Shown here: positions 43,123 to 45,116 of the stretch, one piece after another
Layout of the letters: every line of letters starts with the position of its first letter
Numbering within the stretch: the stretch's first letter is position 1
Virus record (IMG/VR): IMGVR_UViG_3300037461_000344
Span: 1-45,116 of that record
DNA from: a virus
Taxonomy: Duplodnaviria > Caudoviricetes
Length of the DNA stretch: 45,116 nucleotides
Reading direction: 5' to 3' (one strand)
The notes under the pieces: model-generated
Seen by the model: only the letters and a program-made list of their open reading frames with translations
Databases searched by the model: none
Told to the model about the DNA's origin: nothing
Position numbers and translations under genes: made by a program

Positions 43123-44100
43123 TTAGGCGACACCGTGGGCCTTGGAATTGGCCAGCGGGTTCTTCGCGCACAGGGTCCACTCGGCAAGCAACATGCGCTT
43201 GTCCGAGTCGCCGGCCTTGGCGATTTCCTCGGTCATGAAGGGGCGCAGGTATGCAATCTCCCACTTCTCCATTTCGAGAGCGTAGGCCGTGCTGGTCGGC
43301 ATGTAGCGCGAGAGCACCAGCTTGTGCGTGCCGTACGGGGAGACGTACAGGTCGGCATAGCCGATGATCTGTGCCGGCTGACGGGAGCCGACATCGCGGA
43401 ACCGCTGCGCCACGCCAGTGAACGTCGAGAAGCGGTTGAACGCTACCGAGTCGCACAGGATGGTGTCGACCTCGCCGCCAGTTGACCAGGCGAGTTTGAT
43501 CATGTCCGACAGGTCGGCCTCGACATAGGCGGTTGCCGAGTTGGTCCACGATCCGCCGGTCGCCGTTGCAAATCCACTAACCGGAGCCGTGGTGGTTTGC
43601 AGGGTTTGCGACGCCTTCTTGTAGTGCTGGCCTGAGTAGATCCAGTTCGGCACCGAACCCGACACCCGAGGCGAAGGCGAGGTGCCGGCCGACGCAGGGT
43701 TGTTGTTCAGCACGCCGTACTCCATGTCGCGCTTGATCTCGCGGCCGGCGCGAGCGGTGTGGTACGCGAGGATCTCGCGCATACCGGCGTTGTTGATGGC
43801 GCGGGCGGTGCCGGTGACAACGATGTCCTTGCGGCTGATTTGCGTGTAGTTCTTCAGGCGCGAGGGCAGCGAGCGGGCCACGGCGGAGTGGTCGTCGCCT
43901 TCAATTGCGGCGTTGTTTGCCGGGGCGGCCAGTGCGTCAACGAGCCATTCGTGCGTGGTCGATTGCGCCTTGCCACGACCGGCGCGGGACACGAAGATCG
44001 TATCAACTGGTGAAATGTCATAAATGATGTCCTGCAGGTCCTCGCGCAGCGCGCCGCCGGACAGGTCGTAGGACTTGGTTGCGGGTACAGGTGCGGCCAT
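43123..44100 (-). CDS. Major capsid protein (DUF5309/SU10-type)
   Basis: REDLQDIIYDISP, HEWLVDAL, NYTQI, EIKRDME, YVSPYG and LRPF. Confidence 0.9.
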   Translation of the reverse strand: MAAPVPATKSYDLSGGALREDLQDIIYDISPVDTIFVSRAGRGKAQSTTHEWLVDALAAPANNAAIEGDDHSAVARSLPSRLKNYTQISRKDIVVTGTARAINNAGMREILAYHTARAGREIKRDMEYGVLNNNPASAGTSPSPRVSGSVPNWIYSGQHYKKASQTLQTTTAPVSGFATATGGSWTNSATAYVEADLSDMIKLAWSTGGEVDTILCDSVAFNRFSTFTGVAQRFRDVGSRQPAQIIGYADLYVSPYGTHKLVLSRYMPTSTAYALEMEKWEIAYLRPFMTEEIAKAGDSDKRMLLAEWTLCAKNPLANSKAHGVA

Positions 44101-44103
44101 TTC

Positions 44104-45060
44104 TTACCTCATTCGGTGCAGCAGCAGTGCGGCGGCATCGTTGACGTTCCCCGTCTTGTGAAGCCGTTCGCGCAAGGATCTTTCCTTTGCTGCCGTGTTG
44201 CTTTGGGAGGCGGCTGCGCTCGCGGCTTTCACCACGGGCACGGCCTTCGATGCCTTGTTGGCAACGGCTGGTTTGCCAGCCTGCAGGTTGTCCCATTGCT
44301 GCGCCTTCCACATCACATGGGTCGCCACCGGATCGGCGAACCAGCCTGCGGTCAGTTTCTGCTTGGGGATTCCCAGTGCGGTGCCGTAGTCGTGCAAGGC
44401 ATTGCCAGCGTTCTGATTCCACCCCGGAACCTTCTGGGCCATGTAAGCCTCGGTCGCCTGCACCGCCTGCAAGACAGCACGGCCGAACCCGGCTTCGTGT
44501 TCCTGTTGCTTGCTGGATAGTTGCTGGTCGATGTCCGCCAACTGGCTGTCGATGTTGCGCAGTTCGCGGTCGAGGTCGATCTTCTGGTCGGTCGAAAGCT
44601 GCGTCCAGTCGATCTTCTTGGCCTGCTCCTTCATGGAGTTCAGTTGCTGCTTCTGCGTCAACAGAGGCTGAGTCTGCTCAGTGAAAAGCTGCGCCGATTG
44701 AATTGCGAGCTTTTCGGCCTCGATTGAGCGCCGTACCTCGGCAAGTTCCTGCGTTTTCCTCGTGTAGTCGGCCTGCATCATGAATGCGGGCTTGAGCTTC
44801 GCGGGGATAGCATACTTCTCGCCGTCCCAGTCGATTTCCTCGGTCGGTACTTCGGCCGTCTCATCATTGGATTGTTCAGTTACCTCATCGGAGGCTTCGG
44901 CTAGCGAAGGCTGTTCCGGTTCTGGAACTGTCTCGATCCCACTATGAGGGACTGGAGGATTGTCGGCTTCAGGGGCCGACGTTGGGGCCGGCTCGCCGCC
45001 AAAGAAAGCGGTAAGCCTGGATTGCACTGACTCTGCTGATTGCAGTTGGTCGTTTGGCAT
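44104..45060 (-). CDS. Scaffolding protein
   Basis: Acidic N-terminus, QADYTRKTQELAE, C-terminal KTG..DAA; directly upstream of the capsid gene. Confidence 0.88.
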   Translation of the reverse strand: MPNDQLQSAESVQSRLTAFFGGEPAPTSAPEADNPPVPHSGIETVPEPEQPSLAEASDEVTEQSNDETAEVPTEEIDWDGEKYAIPAKLKPAFMMQADYTRKTQELAEVRRSIEAEKLAIQSAQLFTEQTQPLLTQKQQLNSMKEQAKKIDWTQLSTDQKIDLDRELRNIDSQLADIDQQLSSKQQEHEAGFGRAVLQAVQATEAYMAQKVPGWNQNAGNALHDYGTALGIPKQKLTAGWFADPVATHVMWKAQQWDNLQAGKPAVANKASKAVPVVKAASAAASQSNTAAKERSLRERLHKTGNVNDAAALLLHRMR

Positions 45061-45116
45061 CAGTTACTTGTTCCGTAAGCGCTCAACATCACCGTCGTCA
45101 ACCCAGCGTTGCAACT
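44990..45116. repeat. Terminal direct repeat copy of 1-127
   Basis: Exact identity. Confidence 0.95.

Noticed and set aside
44990-45116. 127-bp repeat as a biological terminal repeat or att site
   Set aside because: The length equals a common assembly k-mer and the repeat cuts through coding genes, so it is best explained as circular overlap
1-45116. tRNA, rRNA or IS elements
   Set aside because: No cloverleaf or T-loop signature, rRNA-like sequence or transposase seen by eye; tRNAscan was not run

Overview
The window is a complete, circularly assembled genome of a podovirus-like tailed phage, 44,989 bp of unique sequence plus a 127-bp end overlap. The host is diderm, probably proteobacterial, because the phage has Rz/Rz1 spanins and a GH24 lysozyme. 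The minus strand carries the late arm, which runs through the window junction: terS, terL, portal, an inserted block of fibre or decoration-like genes, scaffold, DUF5309/SU10-type major capsid, a five-enzyme cassette, head-tail adaptor, tail, ejection proteins, an ART-PolyVal-like protein and lysis genes. The plus strand (about 11.6-25.1 kb) carries many small early genes, a Sak4-like/SSB/Cas4-like/ERCC4 recombination module, a PAPS-reductase-like gene and a C5 DNA methyltransferase. An inverted RepA/AAA_25 helicase gene sits next to an iteron-rich origin candidate. I found no integrase, repressor, DNA polymerase, tRNA or CRISPR array. Highlights: (1) a TPR-glycosyltransferase, two further glycosyltransferases, a methyltransferase and a radical SAM/SPASM enzyme directly behind the capsid gene, bracketed by a terminator and a promoter, as a candidate virion glycosylation and tailoring system; (2) a triple-nested locus in which the methyltransferase alpha ORF contains an alternative-frame beta subunit and an HNH endonuclease inserted without breaking the alpha frame; (3) two genes inside the lysis cassette that share a synonymously diverged N-terminal peptide; (4) a hairpin-plus-SD motif repeated before five early genes; (5) candidate structured RNAs. 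All family assignments come from motif recognition by eye; no searches were run.
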